Shown here one piece after another: positions 6,523 to 15,030 of a stretch of 31,915 bases of DNA (within the stretch, counting starts at the first letter, position 1; each line of letters opens with the position of its first letter). Both the position numbers and the translations under genes were made by a program. The stretch lies in IMG/VR virus record IMGVR_UViG_3300037742_000012, positions 1 through 31,915 of that record; one strand, given 5' to 3'. A model generated the notes under the pieces. The model made no database searches. It saw only the letters and a program-made list of their open reading frames with translations, and was not told the origin of the DNA. Origin of the DNA: a virus. Taxonomy: Duplodnaviria > Caudoviricetes.

Positions 6523-6538
6523 AGCAAAAGCCATGCCA
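6523..6538 (-). promoter_or_regulatory. sigma54 (-24/-12) motif
   Basis: TGGCATGGCTTTTGCT matches TGGCAYR-N4-TTGCW. Confidence 0.6.
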
Positions 6539-6763
6539 TCGTTCGCCCTGCCGTTAGTGTTATGTTATAACGTTTTGGACCCCCGGGGGTATCCCTTGGG
6601 TGTGCCCACGGATGTGGGTGGTGGGGCCCCTATACCTTTCTAGCCGGGGCGGAGGGGTACGTCAGGCATGCTGAACAGGAGCTAAACGAACGATAACTAT
6701 GAGTCGGTGTCTTAACAAAGTCCTAACGGACCCCTTTTTAGGGTCGAATTAACAGGAGGCGAT

Positions 6764-7366
6764 ATGAGCGATTTTACCCGGGGGGGAGGTACCCTACTAG
6801 CGGGGGAGGGTCCAGACGGGGCTCAGAGCGCGTCTGAGACGGTCTACGCACGTACTCTGAGTGGCCTGAGAGACTCCCTCCGGGAGGAGGAGCCGGGGGT
6901 ACGTCTATCGGCGGGAGGACCGCTAGTTCCTATCGAGAGCGTCAAGGCTATCCTCAGAGCGGAGATTATGGGCAAGTGCCGGCTGTCCCGGGAGACTAAA
7001 GCCAAGCTTGCGCACCTGATTCGGAAGTCCAAGAGACGAGATTCTACCAACCACCACATGAAGAAGAAGGCTAGGCGGAGGGCGGGGTACTTCCGGACGG
7101 AGCGTAGCTCGAAGCTGAAGCGGGACGAGTGGATGAGGACTACCCCGGAGGGGAGCTGGTTCATGAAGAAGTACCGTACTCTGGCTAAGGGGTGCTCTTG
7201 GGAGATAAGTCGAGAGGACTGGGAGGAGCTGATCACGAGAGTTAGGCCGGATGGCCGGCTGATCTATCAGGCTCCCTACATCCTGACCCGCAGGGACTTC
7301 AGTTTGGGTATGACCGTTGAGAACATGCTGATTTTGGACAGTGAGACGAAAGAAGAGTTACTCTAG
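6764..7366 (+). CDS. basic protein with degenerate HNH-like C-terminus
   Basis: SD CAGGAGG; K/R-rich middle; W-x-IS-x-EDW...LTR-x-D-x-S-x-G-x-TVEN resembles the DR-x-D-x3-GY-x3-N motif of phage HNH-like proteins. Confidence 0.6.
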   Translation: MSDFTRGGGTLLAGEGPDGAQSASETVYARTLSGLRDSLREEEPGVRLSAGGPLVPIESVKAILRAEIMGKCRLSRETKAKLAHLIRKSKRRDSTNHHMKKKARRRAGYFRTERSSKLKRDEWMRTTPEGSWFMKKYRTLAKGCSWEISREDWEELITRVRPDGRLIYQAPYILTRRDFSLGMTVENMLILDSETKEELL

Positions 7367-7515
7367 GCCAAGCTCTGCAGAGCTTGGCTATATAAGAGCC
7401 TAGTAGCTCTCCCTAAGAGCTACTAGGTAGAGCTATACTAAGAGCCTAGCTAGAAGCTCCCTAAGAGCTACTAGGTAAGAGCCTAGTATAAGCTCTTACT
7501 AGTAGAAGCTCTTAT
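7367..7515. repeat. array of short direct and inverted repeats
   Basis: 22-bp perfect palindrome 7367-7388; 12-bp stem 7399-7427; TCCCTAAGAGCTACTAGGTA at 7410 and 7458; TAAGAGCCTAG at 7393, 7439, 7476. Confidence 0.85.
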
Positions 7516-7726
7516 ACGTAACAGAGAGCCCTTTTGTGTCACATTAAAATCATAGTAGTTTATCCTACGTTCACACTCTAGGGGAGTGTTCACTACGGAG
7601 GCTCATCACACCGGACGACGGTGTGAACTAGTGAGTCACAAGTGACTCTAACTGCTACACTAATTCACACATCCACGCTGTCAGCCGGTCGTGCCACACG
7701 ACGGCGTGCTACCTAAGGGAGCTACA

Positions 7727-8335
7727 ATGCTTACATTCACAAGAGCTAGTCTAGAGATGCACCTACGTCCTTGGTTTGATAAGTTTCAGAGAGAGAAGAT
7801 CATCGATGCTCTCGTCCTTACACTCGATGAAGCTGCCCAGCTCGACGAAGCTATCGGTCTGGAAGACCTCGACGACGTAGATATTCTTACACCCACCGCA
7901 GGGGATACGCTGGTCTACGACGGTACAGATTGGGTAAATGCTGCTGCGACTATTCTAGATTTCGGTACATACACCCCGACCATCACCGCTACGGACAATG
8001 CCTCCTCGGTAGCCGCAAACCCGGCCCATTACATCCGAGTGGGCAACATTGTGACAGTCACTGGCACAGCCACTGTAGCCGCAACTGCCGCAGGGGACAC
8101 CCTAGCTCAGGCTACTCTCACTTTGCCAGCTGACACACGGACAATCAACTTTGTAAACAGCTTTGATGCGCACGGCGTGCTCTCCTCGTCCGGAGTAAGC
8201 ACCTCTACTGAAGCTTTCACCGGGGGTGAGATCCGTGCAATTGCTGGCTCGCAGGTCGTGCAGATTCGGCTTCGTGCGGCGAGCACAGTAGCCACGTCGT
8301 TCAAGTACAGCTACACCTTCCCGATCACCCCGTAA
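7727..8335 (+). CDS. virion fibre-like protein (head fibre/decoration)
   Basis: Start refined to ATG 7727 (SD AAGGGAG); LEDLDDVDI-x-TPTAGDTLVYDGTDWVN fibre motif and GTYTP...YIRVGNIVTV C-terminal domain. Confidence 0.7.
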   Translation: MLTFTRASLEMHLRPWFDKFQREKIIDALVLTLDEAAQLDEAIGLEDLDDVDILTPTAGDTLVYDGTDWVNAAATILDFGTYTPTITATDNASSVAANPAHYIRVGNIVTVTGTATVAATAAGDTLAQATLTLPADTRTINFVNSFDAHGVLSSSGVSTSTEAFTGGEIRAIAGSQVVQIRLRAASTVATSFKYSYTFPITP

Positions 8336-8402
8336 GCCGGGACGGGAACTAAGCGACCTGAATCTACACTAACCCAAGTTACTTAACTCAAGGAGATTAC
8401 AC

Positions 8403-9026
8403 ATGGCTGTTCCACGCCTCACAACCAAGGCCCAGCTCCGTCGTTTTGCGGAGTATCGCGGGTTTGACAACACACAGAAGGACTTCCTAGTCAACGCAAT
8501 CGGTCAGGATATTGAAGCTTCCTCAGCAAATCAGGCACTTCTGACGACTGCTGGGGCCGGAGCCCTAGGCACTGGTGGGTTCTACAACTCGGGAGTCACG
8601 AAGGACGGTTCAATCTTCACGACTCGCATTCTGATCGACCTTACAGGTCTAGCGTCTTCGACGACTGATCTGGACATTATCGGAGTTTCTACTACTCCGG
8701 CGTACATCGGACGTATTACCACAGCCCAGAACGGGCTCATTCAGGCTGGTCGTGTGACCTGTCTCGAAGCGCCTGCGGGCGGGGTAGCGGACATCGACGT
8801 ATATGGGGCAGTTGAGGCCACGGGTGTATTTGATAGCCCGGTAGGTGACCTGACTGAGACGATCCTTCTGACTAACGGAGCATCGTGGACCCTAGGTATG
8901 ACCAAGGGACTAGTCACAGTACCAGCAGCAGATGCATACATCTACCTGACTGGCGGAGCGGCTGGAACAGCAGCTACTTACACAGCCGGTAAGTTCATGC
9001 TAGAATTCTTTGGTGTAGCTGCGTAA
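8403..9026 (+). CDS. virion structural protein (decoration-like beta protein)
   Basis: SD AAGGAG; T/G/A-rich beta-strand pattern. Confidence 0.65.
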   Translation: MAVPRLTTKAQLRRFAEYRGFDNTQKDFLVNAIGQDIEASSANQALLTTAGAGALGTGGFYNSGVTKDGSIFTTRILIDLTGLASSTTDLDIIGVSTTPAYIGRITTAQNGLIQAGRVTCLEAPAGGVADIDVYGAVEATGVFDSPVGDLTETILLTNGASWTLGMTKGLVTVPAADAYIYLTGGAAGTAATYTAGKFMLEFFGVAA

Positions 9027-9355
9027 TGTCTCTCCGCGGAGTAGCCACTATGGGTACTGCTGAGGTTACGCAAGCAAACGGCGTACAATTCAGCGCTCGG
9101 CCCGGGATCGTACGAGTCTCCGCCGTGGGACTCGACGGAGCAGAGACTGCTAATGTCGATGAGTATATTGGCGGGGGAGAGTGGGTTCCAGCGTTCGACG
9201 TGATGCAAGGAGATGCTGCTCCGCAAATGGATGCGACTACTCCTTACCACTATTTTGCTGGGGGAGGTCGTTATCGAGTCTACAAGAGCGCTACCACTGC
9301 ACCGATTAACATCAAGATTCAGCACGTAAGCGCATTCGTTTTAGGTACTGCGTAA
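9026..9355 (+). CDS. small putative virion protein
   Basis: TAATG coupling; beta-rich 109 aa. Confidence 0.6.
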   Translation: MSLRGVATMGTAEVTQANGVQFSARPGIVRVSAVGLDGAETANVDEYIGGGEWVPAFDVMQGDAAPQMDATTPYHYFAGGGRYRVYKSATTAPINIKIQHVSAFVLGTA

Positions 9356-9469
9356 CCCTTAGGGGTTGCAATCTGAAGGAGGTGATCCTTTAGCTTAAAC
9401 GGCCCGAGGTCGTCGGCGATAAGACGACCGACTCCATGGCCGGAGCGCCAACTAGAAGGGAGAACCCGT

Positions 9470-9709
9470 ATGATTTGGGTTGATAAAGTGATGGATTACT
9501 TCTCCCGTAAGTTCGTCTTAGCCCTAGCTGCCCTCTGTGGCAGCTTTGCTTTGTCTTGGGCAGAGAAGGATGTAGGAGAATGGGCTGCGGCTATTGCGGT
9601 AGTACTGGGCTTCTACAACGGAAGTAACGTGTACCAGAAGTATCTTGATAACAAGGCAGTTGCCTCGCACGAGAAGCTGGTGCAGGAAAAGAAGGTAGGA
9701 GAGGAATGA
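9470..9709 (+). CDS. putative holin
   Basis: SRKF motif then two hydrophobic helices and charged C-tail; directly upstream of lysozyme. Confidence 0.7.
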   Translation: MIWVDKVMDYFSRKFVLALAALCGSFALSWAEKDVGEWAAAIAVVLGFYNGSNVYQKYLDNKAVASHEKLVQEKKVGEE

Positions 9710-10227
9710 ACATTCTATCCCGCTTAATTCAAAAAGTCAATCGTACTCTAACCGAAGCAGGGAATTACCAAGCTATGGACCTAGAATACCAAGTTTTCAA
9801 CGACCTAAAGCGGCACGAAGGCTGCCGTCTTAAGGTGTATCGGGATACCGTAGGAGTCTGGACCATTGGGTACGGGCACACTAAAGGTATTCACGAAGGA
9901 ACTAAGCCTATCACTCAGGAGCAAGCGGAAGAGTGGCTGAAGGAAGATATGCAGATCGGTTTCGATATCGCTCGCAAGGTCTTCAGAGGCTACCCAGATA
10001 TGGACAAGGTTCGTAAATCCGTTCTGGTGAATATGGCTTTCAATCTAGGGGAGACAAATCTACGCAAGTTCTTCACTTTCTTCAGACGTTTACAGGAACA
10101 GAACTACGAGGGCGCGGCCCTCCAGATGCTCGATTCTAAATGGGCTACTCAGGTAGGCCAGAGAGCAGTTGAGCTAGCAAAGCGGATGTCTAGTGGCAAA
10201 ATTGAGACACGCCACCTAGTAGCCTAA
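9706..10227 (+). CDS. endolysin, GH24 T4-like lysozyme
   Basis: HEG-x-RLKVYRDTVGVWTIGYGH (E-x8-D-x5-T triad), NMAFNLG, SKWATQVG-x-RA. Confidence 0.95.
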   Translation: MNILSRLIQKVNRTLTEAGNYQAMDLEYQVFNDLKRHEGCRLKVYRDTVGVWTIGYGHTKGIHEGTKPITQEQAEEWLKEDMQIGFDIARKVFRGYPDMDKVRKSVLVNMAFNLGETNLRKFFTFFRRLQEQNYEGAALQMLDSKWATQVGQRAVELAKRMSSGKIETRHLVA

Positions 10228-10246
10228 CACTCCCTAAGGAGGGTAA

Positions 10247-10543
10247 ATGGGTACCAAGAGAACACGAAATAAGAAGCATAGAGAATATGCTCTTCACGTC
10301 CTATCCAATGAGCCATCTCAGTTCAAGTACGATTTCTTGGAGATGCTGTATCACGGTGCTATGGGCAATACGATTGGGTATATGGACGCTAAGCGCCGCG
10401 ATAGTGGCGAGATTGAGCGGCTGCTCGTAGGGCTGGAGCTAAATGCAGAGGGTAAGGTAGATGCCTACCCTCTCGCTCGTTTCCTCAATCCGGAAGAGGT
10501 AGCTAACTACCAAGCTCCGGACGGACGGGGAGGCTGGGAATAA
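10247..10543 (+). CDS. hypothetical protein
   Basis: SD TAAGGAGG; TAATG coupling to TerS. Confidence 0.75.
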   Translation: MGTKRTRNKKHREYALHVLSNEPSQFKYDFLEMLYHGAMGNTIGYMDAKRRDSGEIERLLVGLELNAEGKVDAYPLARFLNPEEVANYQAPDGRGGWE

Positions 10544-10980
10544 TGGCTCGCAAGCTTACCGCCATCACGGCTGAACTCCTTGACAAGATCAAGGAGGTCT
10601 ACCACGAGGGCGGGCAAGATATCGAGGTGTGCAAGGCCCTCGATATTCCTATTACCGAATTCGAACGTCTCTACCAAGAGAACACCATGATCCGCGAGTT
10701 CGCAGACGCAGGCCGTCTGTATTCGCGTGCGTGGTGGTATGAGCAGGGGCGCAAGAACATCCACAATACGAAGTTTAACACTGCGCTCTGGATGTTCCAT
10801 ATGAAGAACCTGCACGGCTGGACCGACAAGGCCGAGACCACTCAGGTCAACGTTCAGGGTATGGAGACGATGGAGCAGGCCCAGTCTACGATGAAGGCTC
10901 TGATCCCGGACGTACTCAAGATTTGCGGTATCGACGACGCGGAAGCGGCCCAGATCCTTCGGAGACTAAACAATGTCTAA
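10543..10980 (+). CDS. terS: terminase small subunit
   Basis: WW...FNTALW-x-F-x-MKN-x2-GW-x-DK pattern of P22 gp3-like TerS; immediately before TerL. Confidence 0.85.
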   Translation: MARKLTAITAELLDKIKEVYHEGGQDIEVCKALDIPITEFERLYQENTMIREFADAGRLYSRAWWYEQGRKNIHNTKFNTALWMFHMKNLHGWTDKAETTQVNVQGMETMEQAQSTMKALIPDVLKICGIDDAEAAQILRRLNNV

Positions 10981-12544
10981 CTTCGAAGGTAGAGGCACAG
11001 CCCGCTCAGTCATAGAGATGGTCAAGGCCATGCGGCAGGCCAAGGATCTGTACGAGAACTCGGGTACTGGCAAGTGGTTTGTGCCCGGTACCCCCTTCTC
11101 CCTTGATCGCTGTAAGAAGCACAAGGCGTTTTTCACTGCGGGTCTGACCTACCCCGAGAGACTATTCATGGCCGGTAACCGCTCAGGGAAGAGCGTCTCG
11201 GGAGCGGTCGAATCTGCTATGCACGCCACGGGGATCTACGAATCTTGGTGGCCCGGGCGTCGCTTTGATCGTCCTACTAAGGGCTGGGCTTGCGGTGACA
11301 CCTCGCAGACCGTACGTGACACGGTGCAGAAGGAGCTACTCGGACCCCCGGGTGCTCTAGGTACGGGCACTATCCCACGCGACTGTATCATCAAGGTATG
11401 GAAGAAGCAGGGTACTTCAAACGGCTACGAAATGGTCGAAGTTAAGCACGTTTCGGGCGGTACTTCCATTATCGGCTTCAAGTCGTACGAGCAGGGACGT
11501 AAGGCGTTCCAAGGTACAGCTCAGGACTGGATCTGGCTCGACGAGGAATGCCCAGAAGACGTGTACTCAGAGTGCCTAATCCGTACGATGACCACTCAGG
11601 GTATGGTTTACGTCACGTTTACCCCACTTTCAGGCGTAACTCCATTCATCGTTAACTTCATGAAGAACGCGGATCTCCTAGAGGGAGCCCGTCCTATCAT
11701 GACCTACGATGGTGACGAGAGCGATGAGACGACTAGCCCGTTTGAGCTGCCAAAGCAGCCGCTTTCGCTAGCTACTATGGATCTTTTGAGAGAGAACGAG
11801 GAGAGTCTGGACCTAGCGCACGGGCGTGCGGTGGTACAGGCCGGTTGGGCTGATGCTCCGTGGCTCGGTGAGGATATGCGTGCACGCATGGCAGCAAACT
11901 GCCCGCCGCATCTACTCGAAGCCCGTATGCACGGATATCCTTCCATCGGTTCTGGTAATGTATATCCAGTTCCTCTGGAAGAAATCACCTGTGACCCGTT
12001 CCCGATCCCTTCTCACTGGAAGCATATGTACGCTCTCGATGTGGGCTGGACCAGAACCGCAGTTCTATGGGCTGCCCAGAATCCAGAAGACAACAAGATC
12101 TACATCTACTCCGAGCACTACCAAGGAGATGCTCGTCCTGAGGTCCACGCTTCAGCTATCAAGCACCGGGGTGAATGGATCAGGGGAGTAGTCGATCCGG
12201 CTGCTCGTCAGAGGTCTCAGAAGGATGGAGAGAAGCTGATCTCGATCTACCGTTCGCTAGGACTCAAGATCATTCCGGCGAACAACGAAGTAGAGTCAGG
12301 TGTGTACAATACATGGGGCGGTCTGTCTGGTGGACGGATCAAGATCTTCAAGAACCTCACGAATTTCCAGAAAGAGTACGTGGTCTACGCCCGAGATGAC
12401 AAGGGAAAGATCATTAAAGCCAACGATCACTTGATGGATTGCCTTCGTTACATCACGAACAACATCCACGTAGCGATGCAGCAGCCAGCCAGCAGAAAGA
12501 ACAGAGGAGCCTCAAATGGCGCGGGTAAGAGATACGACATTTAA
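10973..12544 (+). CDS. terL: terminase large subunit (P22-like)
   Basis: Walker A GNRSGKS, Walker B WIWLDEE, motif III TFTP, RNase H-like nuclease LDVGW...NDHLMDCLRY. Confidence 0.97.
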   Translation: MSNFEGRGTARSVIEMVKAMRQAKDLYENSGTGKWFVPGTPFSLDRCKKHKAFFTAGLTYPERLFMAGNRSGKSVSGAVESAMHATGIYESWWPGRRFDRPTKGWACGDTSQTVRDTVQKELLGPPGALGTGTIPRDCIIKVWKKQGTSNGYEMVEVKHVSGGTSIIGFKSYEQGRKAFQGTAQDWIWLDEECPEDVYSECLIRTMTTQGMVYVTFTPLSGVTPFIVNFMKNADLLEGARPIMTYDGDESDETTSPFELPKQPLSLATMDLLRENEESLDLAHGRAVVQAGWADAPWLGEDMRARMAANCPPHLLEARMHGYPSIGSGNVYPVPLEEITCDPFPIPSHWKHMYALDVGWTRTAVLWAAQNPEDNKIYIYSEHYQGDARPEVHASAIKHRGEWIRGVVDPAARQRSQKDGEKLISIYRSLGLKIIPANNEVESGVYNTWGGLSGGRIKIFKNLTNFQKEYVVYARDDKGKIIKANDHLMDCLRYITNNIHVAMQQPASRKNRGASNGAGKRYDI

Positions 12545-14786
12545 CGAACCGAGTCCTATGCCGACTCAGGAAGAGATCGACGAGGCTCTGTATCTAGAGC
12601 AGCAGGAGGCCGAGCAGGCGCAGGCGCGCGCGGAAGCCGCGGCTCAGGAGGTACTGGACGATGCGGCTAAGGCTGTATGGGCTAAGTACGTCGGGCTACG
12701 AGGTCGTCGTGGTGCCAAGGAGCAGCAGTGGCTTGTTGCCGAGCGTCTACGTCTAGCCAGCATGGCGGATACCAACGGGTTCTCCACGAACCCGGATGCT
12801 CCGTTTGAGGGTCAGGGAAAGCGTCGCCGTCCTGAGCGTAACATCGTTACGACCAAGGTCGAAATTGTCAAGTCCCAGCTCTACTCGATGCAGTTTGCGG
12901 GCGGAGAGAAGAACTATGACTTCCTGCCTCCGGATAACATCGAAGAGCTAGCACAGATGGGCATCACGAACGTGGCCGAGCGCTGCGAGCTGATGGAGAA
13001 TACTGTCGTAGACCAGCTAGAGTCCTCATACTTCGAGCGCGAAGCGCTGGCAGCTATGGACGAATGGACCTATCTTGGTACTGGTATTATGAAGGGGCCG
13101 GTTAATACCGGCAAGCTGGACTACACGTATGTGCCAGCACAGGCTGCCGATGGTAAGACTATGTGGGTACGTCAGGCTAAGCCCAGCACGAAGCCTAGCG
13201 TTCGCCACGTACCTGTATGGTACTGTTACCCGGATGACTCTACGAATGACTTCAACAAGGCGGAATTCGTCATCGAAGTCCACCCACTGTCGGGCTTTGA
13301 GCTAGCTGAGTACAAGCAGAATCCGGGCTTTATCGCCCGTGAGATCGACGAAGCTATGAAGCTTGGTCCCAATAAGCTGCCTTCTGATAACTACGCCGAC
13401 GCGTCTTGGGCGTCGGATAGCAATCCGGGCGTCTTCAAGGACAAGTTTACGGTTCTAGAGTACCACGGCCCCATGACCAAGGATCAGCTATCGAAGCTGG
13501 GCCTAGAGCCTTCTTACGAGATGCCGCAGGATAAGTACTACGGGGAAATCTGGGTGGTCAATGGCCGCACGATCCGCTTCGAGCTGTCCAATATCGAGAA
13601 GTGCACACGTCCCCCGTACTCGGCAGTTGTGTGGATTCGTGACCCGGCTTCGCCGTTCGGCTTCGGAATCCCACTAAGCCTCAAGGATTCACAGCGTATC
13701 GTGAATACCGCGTGGCAGATGGCTCTAGACAACGCTTCGGCTTCGTCTGCGCCTCAGGTCGTAATCAATGAAGATGCCATCACCCCGACCGACGGTGAGA
13801 TGACCATCGAGCCGGGTAAGGTATGGCTCCACAATGAGCCGATGGGTAAGGTTACAGACGCATTCGCGTACTTCATTACACCGAACGTGCTTCAGAACGT
13901 GCTGCCTATCATGCAGTCTGCGGAGCTGTTTGCTCAGGAAGAGTCTGGTGTAGCCCTTTGGGCGGCTGGAATCGGCAGCCCCCAAGAGGGTCCAGATTCC
14001 GCTACAGGAATGTCGATCATGAAGCGTACGTCTACGGTTCTGGTCGAGCTGAAGTCGAATCTGTGGGACGAGCACATCCTAGAGCCACGGCTTGAGGGTA
14101 TGTATGATTGGAACATGCAGTACAACCCGAACGACGCTATCAAGTGCCCTATGAACCTACGTATCCGCTCGGCTACGGACTACCGTACCAAGCAGGAATA
14201 CATCCGGGATATGGAGAAGCTGTCGGTAGAAGCCAACCAGAACGAGGCCCTAGGGGAGTGGATTAACTTCGACGAGCTTACCAAGGGCCGCCTAAACATG
14301 ATGCACATCCCGTCTCGCGGTATCGTCAAGACCGTGGAACAGGTCAACGCGGAGCGCCAGAAGAAGGCCGAACAGCCGCCTGAGCCTAGCCCAGAGATGG
14401 TCAAGCTTCAGATTGAGCAAGGTCGTATGGAACTGGAGAAGGAGCGTCTGGCTATCGAGCGTGAGAAGCTACAGTTCGAGCTACAGCAGGGCCAGCGTCG
14501 TGAAGAGATGGAGTACGAAGAGCGTACCCTCAACACCTTCGCCCGTATCACTGAGTCGGAGACTGAGCTGGCTAGATCCCAGAACGAGAAGGAGATCGCT
14601 ATCCTTCAGCTGGCTGCCAAGTCCGAGAATGAGCAGTACCGTACACAGGTACAGGCTGAGATCGGTATCATGAGTGAGGAGACCAAGCGTATCCTAGGCG
14701 GTCTGAACCACACGGCCAAGATCCGTGAGCAGCTACTGTACAACAAGGAGATGGAGATTAAGAAGAAGACCGGGAGTGGTATCTAA
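12516..14786 (+). CDS. portal protein with long C-terminal coiled-coil barrel
   Basis: 756 aa after TerL; GTGIMKGP, PFGFGIP-x2-L-x-D-x-Q, SATGMS motifs; E/Q/K-rich C-terminal helix as in P22-type portals. Confidence 0.92.
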   Translation: MARVRDTTFNEPSPMPTQEEIDEALYLEQQEAEQAQARAEAAAQEVLDDAAKAVWAKYVGLRGRRGAKEQQWLVAERLRLASMADTNGFSTNPDAPFEGQGKRRRPERNIVTTKVEIVKSQLYSMQFAGGEKNYDFLPPDNIEELAQMGITNVAERCELMENTVVDQLESSYFEREALAAMDEWTYLGTGIMKGPVNTGKLDYTYVPAQAADGKTMWVRQAKPSTKPSVRHVPVWYCYPDDSTNDFNKAEFVIEVHPLSGFELAEYKQNPGFIAREIDEAMKLGPNKLPSDNYADASWASDSNPGVFKDKFTVLEYHGPMTKDQLSKLGLEPSYEMPQDKYYGEIWVVNGRTIRFELSNIEKCTRPPYSAVVWIRDPASPFGFGIPLSLKDSQRIVNTAWQMALDNASASSAPQVVINEDAITPTDGEMTIEPGKVWLHNEPMGKVTDAFAYFITPNVLQNVLPIMQSAELFAQEESGVALWAAGIGSPQEGPDSATGMSIMKRTSTVLVELKSNLWDEHILEPRLEGMYDWNMQYNPNDAIKCPMNLRIRSATDYRTKQEYIRDMEKLSVEANQNEALGEWINFDELTKGRLNMMHIPSRGIVKTVEQVNAERQKKAEQPPEPSPEMVKLQIEQGRMELEKERLAIEREKLQFELQQGQRREEMEYEERTLNTFARITESETELARSQNEKEIAILQLAAKSENEQYRTQVQAEIGIMSEETKRILGGLNHTAKIREQLLYNKEMEIKKKTGSGI

Positions 14787-15004
14787 TGGCTAAGCAAGCC
14801 CTCCCTATCAATTTCACTGGTCACGACTGGGTTACGTTGCGTGTCCACGTAACCAGTGAGCTTGAGAAGTACAGAGCCGTCCTAGAGTCAAGTGGTAAGG
14901 AAACTTACCTTTATGACCAGATTCGTGGACGGCTTGCCGCATATCGTGAGATCCTAGCACTTCAGGATGCACCCACAGCACGCAACCCGCAGGCGTTAGA
15001 TTAA
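14786..15004 (+). CDS. small helical protein between portal and scaffold
   Basis: TAATG coupling; W...QIRG-x-L pattern typical of this position. Confidence 0.75.
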   Translation: MAKQALPINFTGHDWVTLRVHVTSELEKYRAVLESSGKETYLYDQIRGRLAAYREILALQDAPTARNPQALD

Positions 15005-15030
15005 CCCCTGCCTAACAGAAAGGAACTTTA

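Noticed and set aside
7393-7515. CRISPR-like array
   Set aside because: Repeats are short and irregular, with no unique spacers and no cas genes
6367-7544. GTGTCACAT seen twice (6367, 7536) as CRP-like half sites
   Set aside because: No paired half site at the right spacing; two copies could be chance
7560-7720. tRNA gene
   Set aside because: No T-loop GTTCRA or cloverleaf spacing
9376-9388. rRNA gene fragment
   Set aside because: Only the 13-nt anti-SD complement matches; flanks are not rRNA-like
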